A stretch of 64,000 nt of DNA from Octopus sinensis (taxonomy: Eukaryota). The notes beneath the pieces were generated by a model that was given only the letters and a program-made list of their open reading frames with translations, was not told where the DNA came from and ran no database searches. Location: positions 64,728,001 through 64,792,000 of the forward strand of contig NC_042998.1 in NCBI RefSeq assembly GCF_006345805.1, given 5' to 3'. Positions 1 through 12,740 of the stretch are shown piece after piece (positions within the stretch are counted from its first letter, which is position 1; each line of letters begins with the position of its first letter). A program made the position numbers and the translations under genes.

Positions 1-1499
1 TTATGAAGTTCCAAAACATTTAATTATATATATAATATATATATATATATAACCAAATCAAATTGCGATAAAAATAAAAAATATTATAATCGCTGGTATT
101 ACTAACACAAGCCAGATATTTTTCATATATCAGTACATTAGGGCGAAATATGTTGCTAGGAATACAGAAGCTTGATAAATTAAGTGAAATGAAGATAAAA
201 ACATTTACTAAACCGAATATATATATATATATATATATATAATATCTGATATATATATTTATATATATTATATATATATATATATATATCTACGATATAT
301 ATATGTAATATATATATGTATATATATATATAGGTATATATATATATATGTCTGTATATATATATATATATGTATATCTATATAATGATACATATATATA
401 TATATATATAATATATATATATAGTATAGATATATATATAGGGAGAGTTTACAAAAAGAATAACGAAGACAGGTAGTGTACAAAAGAAACAGATGTCTTA
501 GTATAACGCTCAGGAATAGAAAATCTTTTGCGTTTCAAGCCTACGCTCTTCTACAGAAAGGGACAGAGAAAAAACAAGGAGAGAAAAAAAAAAAAATATA
601 TATATATAAAATATATAATATATATATAATATATATATATATATATCTATATATGTAATGTAATTATGTATGTATGTATGTATGTATGTATGTATGTAGT
701 GTAATGTATCTATGTATGGATACATGTATGTATGTATACAGAGAGAAATAGAGAAAGAGGGAGAGAAGGAAGGTGAGAAAGATGAGGAGAGGGCGCTAAT
801 GAAGAGCAAAAGCGAAAATTCAAAACGAAGGGCGATAGAGGTCCAAAACACATTTGATGTTATTAGCAACAGGCTGAGGCTCAACGAAAGAAGTTAAACA
901 TGTCAGTTGCTGAGAAGTAAAACGTTTCGTCCAGAGAATAAAGAGTCAGTCAAATGGAATTGAGATGGGGAAAAAAGGATAATACGTAGAAAAAGAAAAG
1001 TAATTAAAATTGTACGTGTGTAACTTATATATGCATATGCGTTTCTGTACCTCTCTACTGTGTGTGCGTATGTACACGATGACAGCATTGCATGTGTGCA
1101 CTTTTGTATGTGTATGTTTGGGATGGGGGTGTACGTGCATATTTATCAATAAAATATTTAGCTAAGCGCAGCAGGGCCAAGATATGGGCTGCAATAGTAA
1201 GAGAACAGGCGTTAACAACCGGGACTAGTTTATGTGAAAGAGGCTTAAGTGAGCGGAATTTCATAGACAGTAATAACCCTAACCGAATGGTTGCATTTTG
1301 ATGTGCACAGACGCACAAAATATGTTTCCATTAATTATTCAAGGTGAGTATAGGTTTTACATTCTGCTAGCCGTCATTTCATTACTATTTCCCGTGACAT
1401 AGCTGTCAGCATGTACACGTCTCTACCCAGACGCACATATGCATTCACACACAACACGCAGACACACACAACAAACACACACACGCTCGCACACACATA

Positions 1500-1737
1500 C
1501 CTATTTCCTTACTACTCACACGGGGCTAAACACAGAGAGGACAGGCAAACGGATTAAGTCGATTACATCGACCCCAGTGCGTAACTGGTACTTAATTTAT
1601 CGACCGCGAAAGGATGAAAAGCAAAGTCGACCTTGGTGGAATTTGACCTCAGAATGTAGCGGCAGACGAAATACCGTTAATCATTTCGCCCGGCGCGCTA
1701 ACGTTTCTGCCAGCTCGTCGGTAACGTTTCTGCCAGC
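1500..1737 (-). mobile_element. tRNA-derived SINE, family B (Meta/MESC-domain-like)
   Basis: Minus strand reads GAGCTGGCAGAAACGTTAGCGCGCCGGG...GGTCGACTTTGCTTTTCATCCTTTCGCGGTCGATAAATTAAGTACCAG. The same sequence recurs about 9 times in the window. The core resembles the Meta-SINE domain (recalled, not searched). Confidence 0.8.
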
Positions 1738-3167
1738 TCACACACACATACCGCGATATATAAACCTCTACGCTGTAATATATGAACCCTCCACACTGCA
1801 AAGCAGGAACCTCCACTCTGCAATATATAACCCTCCACACTGATATATATGAAATTTTCTTTTTACTGTCATCTCTTACTTGTTCTTTACTGCCTTATTT
1901 ATGCTACAAGTTTACTAAGTATCTCCTCCACATATTAAATTTTACGCTCTACAATATGTGTAAAAATATAAAACTACATTATGCATACGAGATCTGTACG
2001 ATTAGGACTTCTGTGCGGCAGAAAAAAATAAGAAAAAAAATTCCCACATATTCCTAAATTATTTTCGAATATGCACACCTGATCTATTTCTCCCAAATAA
2101 AGCTATCGTTTTGAAATATTGGTAATTACTGTTTTTCCTTTTGATTTCTTAATCAGAAAGGTATTTTGGGTGCAGCTATCAAGCAACATCTAAATACATT
2201 GCTACAGCGCCGGAGACTTTCAGATATCAGTATATGATATAATTTTAATTAGTGCATGATTTAATGCATACTATAAATGGGATATATCGTGGCATGTGTG
2301 GAGATATTAATTCATTTAATTATTTTATTTTATTATCCTTAACTACAGAAGATGAATGTATTATATTGTTTGGTTTAAATAAATTGTTAATAGCTATTAG
2401 TCTGGCCATTAAATATCCAATCACGCCGAAGTGTTGAATCAGTCACTAACGATAGTCGTTAGCTTTGCCTTTCAGCATAACGATAGAGCAGATCATAATA
2501 TTGTACTGTCGGTTATAATTGACAATACAAAGTTATATGCAATTCTCACTGGTGATAAGGAAATTAATCTTAAAAATTCTAAACTATTTAAAGGCAAAAT
2601 TATATATATAAATACCTACACATTCGAGCGCGCGCGGAGAAAATAGCATCAGCAAGAAATGGAGATTCTTTTGTTCATTACATATATTGCACATATATGG
2701 TTAGGTGTATCATCAGTAGTTTAGAGAAACAATTTATTGTGTTATGTTCACGCAAAGCGAATGGTGTAGGTCTGTGCATACGTAATGAACTAACGTGTTA
2801 CATTCATGTATTGAAGTGGTTCAACATTCAGTTTAGAACACCCACTATAGGGCTGCAGATAACCGCAATTGTGATAGTAGTATCGAGAACAAATGATATG
2901 ATCTGCATCCTGAGTTTATCATACATTTTCTACCTTTTCCCTGTATACCATAACGGCTAATAGCAACTAGGTATAGCAACAACTACACCACTTTGCTAGA
3001 AATAGACTAGACGATGATACTCAATGTGAAGCTCTAAGTGAACCACAAGTATTCTTAATTCTAACTCTATCCACAAAACATTATTCTACATAGAAATATT
3101 ATATTGATTTATCTGTATTTATATATTTATATATATATATATATGTGTGGTGTGTGTGTGTGTGTGT

Positions 3168-3630
3168 GTGGCTGTGTGGCAAGAAACTTGCTTCCCAATC
3201 ACATGCTTCTAGTTCAGTCCCACTGCCTGTCACCTTGCCCGACTGTCTCCTATATCCTCGGGGTTGACCCAAATGTTGTGAGTGGATTTAGTAGACGGAA
3301 ACTGAAAGAAGCCCGTCGAATATATATTATATATATAATATATTATATAGATATATATATATATATAATATATAATATATTAATATATATATATGTGTGT
3401 GTGTTGTGTGTGTATTTGTGTATACGTGTGCATTTGTGTTTGTCACTCCACCATCGCATAGCAACCGATGTTGGTGTTTCTATATCCAGGTAACTTGGCG
3501 GTTCGGCAAAAGTGGCCTACGGAATAAATAGCAGGCTTGCAAAGAATAAGCTCCGTGGTCAATTAGTTCGGTTAACCTTTCAAGGCGGTGCTCCGTAGGG
3601 CTGCGCTCAAATGACTGAAACAAATAAAAG
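3168..3630 (+). mobile_element. tRNA-derived SINE, family A, interrupted by (TA)n
   Basis: Head GTGGCTGTGTGGCAAGAAACTTGCTTCCC...TTCAGTCCCACTG and tail AATGACTGAAACAAATAAAAG; homologous to copies at 8.5, 31.1, 38.0, 43.1 and 62.4 kb. Confidence 0.8.
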
Positions 3631-3639
3631 ACTATATAC

Positions 3640-3721
<82 letters not shown>

Positions 3722-4059
3722 TCTAGGTGCAAAAGTAATAGCTTTTTCTTTATAAAAAACAAGATATATGCATACACATATGATTTGAGGTAAAATTAAG
3801 AACTATAAAGTTCATTATCATGAGTCAATGTAGAAAATCATACTGGTTTCGTCATCGCTGTTCACTGGCCTTGAATCAACACCGATTTACAAACGGTGTT
3901 GGGACTAATAGTACCTGAGGGTAAAGTTTGCGTGCAAGGGAGGTAAGCAGTTCTAAAAGTGATGCAATTAGGTTAGTATGATTAATAGTGTATGAATGTT
4001 ATATGGGTTGTATGATGATTAGTTTGATTGTAAGTATTAGTAATGTTAGAAGCGTCCTG

Positions 4060-4420
4060 TATTAAATGGTGTGTTCATGTTAAGTTGTGGTCGATATTTA
4101 TTAAGGAAAGTTGCCTCTTATATAGTCCTTACTTCACTGATATGTTCTGGCGACAATGATAAAAAGGGAAAATTAGGAAGTTTAATCTAAGTTTCGTAGG
4201 ACACCTATCTATGTGCTTACTGACCTGTATCTGTCTATAATGTGGGAAGCAAATATGTTCTTAGTGAAGCGCTGTTCTTCCTGCGAGGAGCATTTGTGTT
4301 TGGTCTAGATAGTGGTTTCCGCAACCTAAGCAGGTATTAACATGCATTAGGTTTTCAGAGGCACAAGTGAAATTTCACTTTACCTTAAATAGTTTACAAT
4401 GTTCTGAGGGGATTCTTTCA
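4060..4420 (-). mobile_element. Penelope-like element fragment (GIY-YIG endonuclease, degenerate)
   Basis: Minus translation NFTCASENLMHVNTCLGCGNHYLDQTQMLLAGRTALH*EHICFPHYRQIQVSKHIDRC aligns by eye with the GIY-YIG regions at 10.4 and 29.0 kb. Confidence 0.75.
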
Positions 4421-4426
4421 GTTACC

Positions 4427-4473
<47 letters not shown>

Positions 4474-7252
4474 TGTATGTGTAACATGAAATTTCATAAT
4501 ACTTCGCATGTTTATAAATCGGTTTGCTTTAAAGAGATACAGCTCTAGGATATATCTATTTATTGTTAGGTATTAATATATATGGGTATGCGTTGATTTG
4601 TGGTAAGATACTTGATTTCCAGCCACCTGGTTTCGGGTTCAGTATTAATATAGGACCTAGCATTTTTGAAAAGGAATTTTTAAAAATTCTGAAAATTGGC
4701 TATGATAATGTAGACTTCCAGTCTCATTTATTTGAAGGTATAATGTTGTGGAGAAAAAGAAATGGAGAAAACAGTTACAGATGTTTCAAAATCGAAAAAT
4801 CTGTGTATTTTTAGCCAATAACGAGAGAGAAATTTTCTGCGTTTAGCGGAGCGGTCTCAAATTTAATTTTGTACCCTCTGAAATTTGTAGTCTAGCGTAT
4901 TACCTGTTAATTGTAGGTTTCTAAATAAACAGAAATACCTAATAAAATCAACATGTATCATCTTAATGTTACTTTTGTCTTTTCATTGTGTATCTCCAAA
5001 GCTCCGACGTTGTGTAACGTTTTCGGGGTTGGATTTGTAAACTACGATATGAATAACACTGGTCAACAAAGAATTCGTCCCAAGGAAAAGAATGCCTGTA
5101 TCTTATATGTTCTTGTTCTTGCATGCAGAATTCAAAAATAATGTCAAATTATCTGTATCACCCACAGTCTCTCTATTCTACTCTACCCTCTCAGTTTCCG
5201 TTACGTGGGCTAAATTTCATTTCAGCTGTTGAAGTTGAAACTAACGGTTTAATAAAGACTCACAATTTCAATTTATTCTGAATAGAATTAACCTAGTGAA
5301 ATCATAAATCCAGTTATTTGAGTCAATGAGTCCCAAAACTATATGAAATGAAAAAAAATATGTTAAAATAATAACACAGAGAAGCAAAGAAAAATATGTA
5401 ATATACTAACACGCAGAAAAATTAAAACAAAACACGCGGGTGAAATGAATCTCGTGATTTAAATAATCAAGTGTGAAAAATTAATATAGACAACAGCAGC
5501 TCAGACCACAGTGAACAGCAACACAGCATTATGTCGTTATGGTAACAAGCTGCTAAATCCACGCTGTCTGTTGATTGGCTAAAATTACAGAAATTTCCCA
5601 ATTTTAATTCCAAATAACATCATAATTTTTTGAATTTACGAGATAAAGTAATTAGCTGATCGTAATCAAAATTCAGACTTGCATTGATACACCAAAATTG
5701 AAAGCAATCTGAGCAAATTTAAGTGTGGCTCATTTTGCGAATGAGAAAGACTAGATCATTAATGTATATCATTGTTTAGTTTTATCTCAAGATTTCTAGC
5801 AAACACAGAAAGAGCTGGTTTCCAAGCTAGATCCAATCTCCTTCATTGGGATTTCAACATCAACAGGGTATTTCTGTATGAATATATGTTTATGTTCAGA
5901 TTTGTATGTTTTGTTTTATATATATATTCTCATGCATATAGTCGCATGTCTAAACATGCTCGTATATACTAAACTTCGGGGAACTTTTACAGATTTTAAC
6001 AGTTCCGGTGAAGGCTTGAATCTTTAGTATTGGAATCAATTTCTTCCTTTCTGGTTTTGAGAAACCCAATTTCTTAAGATAAGTATTTGGGCGGTGTATT
6101 ACACATCTCAGTGCCTCAGTAATTACAGGTATAAACCTGTGTCTGTATGTATGCATATATGTGCGTATGTATGTGTATGTGCGTGTGTGAGTGAGTGTGT
6201 GTCTGTCTGTTTGTATTTGTCCCCGTAACTTAGTAGTTCGGCAAGAGAACCGTTAGTCGATTTGTTCCACTGAAACTTCTAGATTAGAGTGCATGGCCGC
6301 AGTCTAATGACTGAAACGAATAAAAGAATAACCAAAGCATAAGAAAAGTATGAATGGGTACACATTCATAAAAATGAAAAAGTGAGTGAATGTTCGGCTA
6401 AATATATGTATGCATATAAACATGAATGCGCATAAGTTTTGAGTACGAGAATATGTATGTATATATGTGCGTGTGTGCAAGTAAATTTGTTAGTTTAGTA
6501 GCATCTCTTAATGACTTGTAAAACAACTGGATAAAGACTGCGGTAGTGTTACTATATATCTAAAATTAAGTCTGTGAGGTGACAGTTGTTGCCATCCTGC
6601 TGAGTTAAGGAAGATAGCATATGTCACTGGTTTTCTTTGAAGTGGAACGGTAACAGACACAAGAGATGGGTAATTGTTAAAGGTTATACGTTTATGACTT
6701 TCTTATCTCGAAATGTTGTTTTTTCCAAAAATTCCAGACAAGTTTGTGGTTAAAGATCGTATGAATATGCAGTTTTTTATTCTTTATTTCCCAGAATTTA
6801 TTTTCGTCGTTTTTCTCATTTATATCTCATTGTATTGCGCTGTTCCTATTTGTCAGAAGAATATTACGAACAATATTTCGGTATGGATATAAAATAAACT
6901 AAAGATTATGTTGCTGTGCTTTGATTCTAGCTACTCGAGTATACACATGTATACAGCTACTGTTAAATCATATTAGCACCATACTGCGTATAATATTATT
7001 TAAAAATTCAGGAATTAACAGCTGATAATAGTACGTTGAAACGATTCTTGTTGTATGTAGTAAAAGCTGTTTAAACATATATAGACCTATTAAATATATT
7101 TTTTTATACTCTGCAGATTTCTATATGTGTATGCAGTAGCAGGAGAGATCATACCGTATAATAGCATAATCAAATTTGCTATCCGATAGCCGGAGTATAT
7201 CATTGGTAACTACTCCATAAGTTTCTTATCCACGCTATAAAAATATATGTAC

Positions 7253-7301
<49 letters not shown>

Positions 7302-7580
7302 ACACACACACAATTATAAATAAGGGCAAAAACACAAATTTCTTTGCTAATATGCTTAAAAATAGACGCCAAATCGTCTAAGCACATAAAATATTTTCAC
7401 TTAAAATATTTTATGCTGTTTGATGATTTAACGTCTATTTTTCATCATATTGGCAAATAATTTGTTTTCTTTTTCCCTTTTATAAATTTGTATTTATAAT
7501 TTTCATCTTAAATGCTATTCTTCATATGCTGGCGACTAATAAAAGTTTTTAATAAAATACTATCCTAACATTAAAAGTAC

Positions 7581-7626
<46 letters not shown>

Positions 7627-8482
7627 ATGTGTGTGTGTGTGTGTGTGTGTGTTATGTTAAAATTAGTCAAAGAACATATTAAGTATGTTCATCAATTAGA
7701 AATAATAGTTTAAAATGTTATTTAAGTCGCCAAAATACACTGTTATTTCTCTGTATTAAAATTATTTTCATACTGGAGGCTGCCATGATACGGCGTAAAA
7801 CGAATTTGTTGCAGCGCAGACTTCAACGAGACAGGTTGAGGCTCTCCATCATGGTAACGTGTGCTAAGGAGGGCGAGCCTGAAGTGCCAGTCCAGAAACC
7901 GGTACACGTGAGCCCAAATGCTTGAATGTATGCTAAGAGATTGTCTTAGTCCGTTTGACTGCAGACGGTTGATTTCCGTAGTTATCAGTGTATTTTGGCT
8001 ATTTAAATAAGAGTTTTGACCGTTATTTCCAGCACGTATACATACTTACTATATCCTTTGATTAATTTTAATTTTAATCCCTCGGCTATTTCATGCTTTG
8101 AGTGGGGGGTGGGCAATTGCCTATATTATTGATTCTGTTATTATCATTTTTAATTGTTACGTTAGATAATACTATAGTCAATGTTATATTCGGAAATATT
8201 TTTCTCCTGAATTATTTGCTCCGTATTGATATACATATATGTATATGTATATATGTATATATACATTTCAGAAATGTAACCGCACGCGGACTGTTGGTGA
8301 TTTCTCTTTCTTCCTTCTTTCCCGTTGGACGTACCGTTTTTCTTGTTTCTAACGAAGACCTATGTACAAAATGTAAAACAACAGCTCCTCTCTGTAGGAT
8401 ACATATTAAGACATTGGTTGAGCTGCTTAGTCACGTTTGTTCGCTCTTCTTTTTTTTTCTCTCTTTTCTGAATATATATATA

Positions 8483-8645
8483 GGCACAGGAGTGGCTGCG
8501 TGTTAAAAAGCTTGCTTCCCAACCACATGGTTTCGGGCTCAGTCCCTCTGCATGTTACCTTGGGCAAGTGTTTTCTACTATAGTTTCGGGCCGACTAAAG
8601 GCTTATGCGTGGATTTGGTAGACAGAGACTGAAAGAAGCCCGTCG
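8483..8645 (+). mobile_element. SINE family A, 5' half (forms left arm of the 8.6 kb foldback)
   Basis: GGCACAGGAGTGGCTGCGTGTTAAAAAGCTTGCTTCCCAACCACATGG...ACCTTGGGCAAGTG...GAAAGAAGCCCGTCG. Confidence 0.85.
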
Positions 8646-8842
8646 TGTAACTCAGACTCTTCTCTCTCCAATGCCGCCAGGAGCACTACATCATGATGAA
8701 AAATACTACATTCATCATGATGTAGTGCTCCTGGCGGCGTTGGGGAGAGTAAAGTCTGAGTTATATGACGGGCTTCTTTCAATCTCTGTCTTGCAAATCC
8801 ACGCATAAGCCTTTAGTCAGCTCGAGGCTATAGTAAAAGACA
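8569..8842. repeat. Long inverted repeat: 132-bp arms, 10-nt loop
   Basis: 8569-8700 vs reverse complement of 8711-8842: 15 mismatches in 132. Also visible as near-identical ORFs 8605..8808(+) and 8603..8806(-). Confidence 0.95.
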
Positions 8843-8844
8843 TC

Positions 8845-10690
8845 AGCAATTTCGAGCTAAACCCTGTAACTTCTACAGCTTACCGAAAATACATAAGTCA
8901 AAATATATTCAACATGCAGTAAAAGAACAAGTTATTGAGTGCATAAACTTACTATATCCAAAAGACCTATTATAGCTGGTCCAGCATGCCCAAACCATCG
9001 TCTAAACAATATTATTAACATTATTTTGACACGACTATATACCTACATACCCAGCTTCATCAGGGATGACATTGATTACTTGCCCCATTTTCCCAAAGCA
9101 ACAGAATTTACTTTCACTTAGTTTTCATGTGATAAGCCTTTACACCTATTTCTTTACTGCCCACAAGTACCTAAACACAGAGGGGACAAACAAGGACAGA
9201 CAAACGGATTAAGTCGATTACATCGACCCCAGTGCTAAACTGGTACTTTATTTATCGACCCCGAAAGGATGAAAGGCAAAGTAGACCTCGGCGGAATTTG
9301 AACTCAGAACGTAACGACAGACGAAATACGGCAACGCATTTCGCCCGGCGTGCTAACGTTTCTGCCAGCTCACCGCATTTACACCAATATTCCACATGAT
9401 TTAGTAATAAAGGTGATTAAATACTGGGTAGAAAGACATATTTACAGTGCCATTTATATTAGACACAATTAGACTTATTCTGAAAATCAACACATTCCCC
9501 TTCAATGGAAAGAATTAAAAATTAAAGGCACGGAGATGAGAACGAAGTTTACTCTCGTTTACGCGAACTCTGTAATGTGATACTTAGAACAACAACACTA
9601 ACAAGAAGTAGAGTAACGTTTTAGCACTGAATTTAGAAAGAATATTGAAAAGGCATGGAAGCAATACCTTGACGACTAATTCATAATCTGGACAGAATTT
9701 TTAAATACACTGGAATATTTTAACATCCTCCTGAACAGTCTACACCCACCTCTCCAATTTACAAAGAAGACGAGTAGTAACAAATTACTATTCCTAAATA
9801 TAATGGTAATTTAAAAGAACACCGCCATTCAACAGATATATATTATAAACTCACATCAATATCTGAATTTTAAGTCATGTCATCCACCACATTCCAAACG
9901 CAACGTCCCATACTGCCTAGCCAGAAGAATTTGTACCATTGCAGAGGATGCGAATATCAGGAACAAACGCCTCACATAACTAAGATAATTTTTGCTCAAA
10001 CGAAAATACCCGTCTTTACTTATAGAAAATGTCATACAGTGAGCTACAAAAATACCCATGCAACCACTGAGGACAACCCAAAGAGGAAAGCAAGAACGAG
10101 TCATACCACTTATCGTGATACACAAGAAAAGTCGCCAGAATATCTTCAACATTTCGAAAGCAAAGTTACGAATCGTTGCTCAAAGTAATGAATCAAAAGA
10201 TGCGATCACGGATCGACCGATAGTTCTTAATAAAGACAACCTAAAATCTTAAAACAAATATTTGCAAAGGCAAAGTTTGACCTTAGCAACAAAGACCAAT
10301 TTATTCACTGTATGTAAATGCAATGATAGCCGAGTGGCACATACCAATTCATACATACTGGCCAAAATATGAACACAAAAACCGAAAAAAATATCCACAT
10401 ACGCAAATATGAAGTGCAAAAGCAGAAATTTTATTTACTGTAGTGAATGCCCGAATTGGGAGAAACTATATGTGGGTTAGACTGGAAATAGTCTATCGGA
10501 ACGTTCCCGTGTGCACTGTCAGCAAATTAGAGACCCAGATGTCCGTCAGATACCTTTGAGTAACCATCTAGCAACATGTGGTCGGAAATATTTATATTAC
10601 CATCCCACACACCATCCCAGTCCAAGTGAAATCGAGACAAAGATCGGAGAAATTGGTAAATTCCAACCCAAGCTAAATAAACAATAGTAA
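8845..10690 (+). mobile_element. Penelope-like retroelement, 5'-truncated, degenerate RT + GIY-YIG
   Basis: Motifs across frames: FYSLPKIHK, RPIIAGPACPNHRL, SLYT|NIPHD, WKQYLDD*FIIW, LNSLHPPLQFT, YLNFKSCHPPHSKRNVPYCLARRICTI, YVG*TGNSLSERSRVHCQQIRDP, KFQPKLN. Many stops and frameshifts. Confidence 0.9.
9147..9377 (-). mobile_element. SINE family B inserted in PLE RT with 8-bp TSD
   Basis: TTTACACC at 9139-9146 and 9378-9385 flanks the SINE; removing it restores the RT motif SLYT-NIPH. Confidence 0.9.
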
Positions 10691-11370
10691 TTATACTTAG
10701 GGGTACTATTTCTATTGCTACGTCCACTACCACTAACAACAACAATAATACTAAATGCACTTATGATGACTATAACTGGAAGATACTAGTTAATTCATGA
10801 GAAATGTCAGTAAAAAAATAATCTTAGTTAGGGTTTAAACTTCTATTACCACAGCTACGCCTACCTTCACCACCACCACCAACAACAAAAACAGCAAAAA
10901 CAAGGACAGCAATTGTAAAGGAGGTGATAATGGTGATGATGACAATTGAAATGTAAGCATCCCTGGGAAATGTTGTCTACAATATTTCTAAAGATAGCCA
11001 AACAATTACTGCTTTGGCCAGGGTCAAAATACAGGTCTCTTGACATGTCCAGCTAACTATGACGCGTAGACCAAGCAACAACCGACTTAAAAAATTTAGT
11101 GTAACGACACACTGATTGATCCGATTACGGTTTTCAAAACTTAACATTCTGCAGCCTATATAAATGTATCTAAAGCACACATATTAGCCGAATCACTACA
11201 GTTGTAAACTGTAAAACATAGCTGTCACAACTATTACATGAACCTGAAGATTGCATAGTTTAATGCATTAGAGTACTAGTACTTTTAGAATGGACATTCA
11301 ACATTCAATCGTTTCATTATACTATATTATCTTTTATCATCTCATTATAAGATTATAAATAAATATATAT

Positions 11371-11514
11371 ATAAACCGGCTTAGGGAAGAAGAAACGAAA
11401 CGAAACGAAACGAATCGACGCGTGGGCGCTCAGTCATACAATAGTGTATAAATAAAATATATGCATACATACAACATATAGTTACGTACTACATCTACAT
11501 GTATATATACATGC

Positions 11515-11571
<57 letters not shown>

Positions 11572-12501
11572 GTGTACAGGACACCACAAATAGACGTAGA
11601 ACTCAACGAGAAACGAAAAAGTAAAAACAGCATGGAACGGACCATTTTTTTAACAACGAAAAAACAGAGTACAAGACAACTACACAAGGAAAAATCCACT
11701 TCATCAGCCGTCCCTAGTTCAACTCCAGCGTGTTTCAAAGGTGAGGACAGAACACGTCTCGTCGAACTAATCCTTCCTGCGAAAGAATTAAATAAAATTC
11801 CTTTTCAGAGGGGTAAAAACAAGGAAAAAAAAGTGACAAAACAGGACGTAAAAACAATACAATTAAAAACAAATACAAAATAAAAATACAATTACAAAAA
11901 GTACAGTACAAGAAGGAATAGAAACAGGACAGGAAAACAAATAATGAGGGCCTATAAGCCTAGATGAGGAAAAATTTTCACAAGCGCGCGAAGAAACATG
12001 TTTACTTGAAGAAGGCCGCCAGCGAAAGGAAGTTCGTCGACCCGGCTGTGAGAGAAATGAGGAGGAGTAAGAGAGAGAGAGAGAGAGAGGAAGGAAGCCA
12101 AAGAAGGTGAAAGAGAGAGAGAAGAAGGAGTTATAGAGTTTCGCGTCATAATTATATATAAAAACCAGCTTACAGAGGAAGAAGAAACGAAACGAAACGA
12201 ATCGAATCGAATCGACGCGAAGGCGCTCAGTCATACAATAGTGTAATAAATAAAATATATGCATACATACAAACATATATGTACGTACCTACATCTACAT
12301 GTATATATACATGCATATATAAATATATATACATGTACAGGACACCACAAATAGACGTAGAACTCAACGGACCATTTTTTAACAACGGAAAAACAGAGTA
12401 CACGACAACTACACAAAGAAAAAAATCTCCTTCATCAGCTGTCCCTAGTTCAAATCCTGCGTGTTTCGAAGGTGAGGACAGAACACGTCTCGTCGAACTA
12501 G
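11371..12501 (-). repeat. Partial tandem (LTR/pseudo-LTR-like) repeat: about 350-400 bp direct repeats, about 790 bp period
   Basis: 11371-11770 and 12161-12501 share GAAACGAATCGACGCG..GGCGCTCAGTCATACAATAG...GGTGAGGACAGAACACGTCTCGTCGAACTA. Confidence 0.85.
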
Positions 12502-12677
12502 TCTAATATATATGCATATTAGTTATCAAAATATTTGCTTCGATAACTAAAGAGGTGCCGGGGCAATCTTCCGCCCCTTACATCCGAAACTCGGAATTTT
12601 ATTATGCTAACCAAATAAATGTCCCATATAATTTACCAATATGATACACAACACACACATACATACATATATATATA

Positions 12678-12709
<32 letters not shown>

Positions 12710-12740
12710 TAATATATATTATAATATATATATTATATAT

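Noticed and set aside
3825-3880. GAC-GAAA-CCAG-TA on minus, downstream of a PLE fragment
   Set aside because: Only the 3' half of a hammerhead; no CUGANGA-like 5' core or helix II partner.
7770-7960. GC-richer island with FKHLGS in one minus frame
   Set aside because: A single short RT-like motif with a nearby stop; cannot assign to a LINE or an exon.
11245-11290. CTGAAGA-T-TGCAT agttta ATGCA after the first PLE
   Set aside because: Helix II is present but GAAA is replaced (TTAGAG); at most a dead HHR remnant.
12428-12472. GAAA...CTGATGA in type II hammerhead order on minus
   Set aside because: No helix III or UH triplet can be formed; the GAAA belongs to the decayed type I motif described for this repeat.
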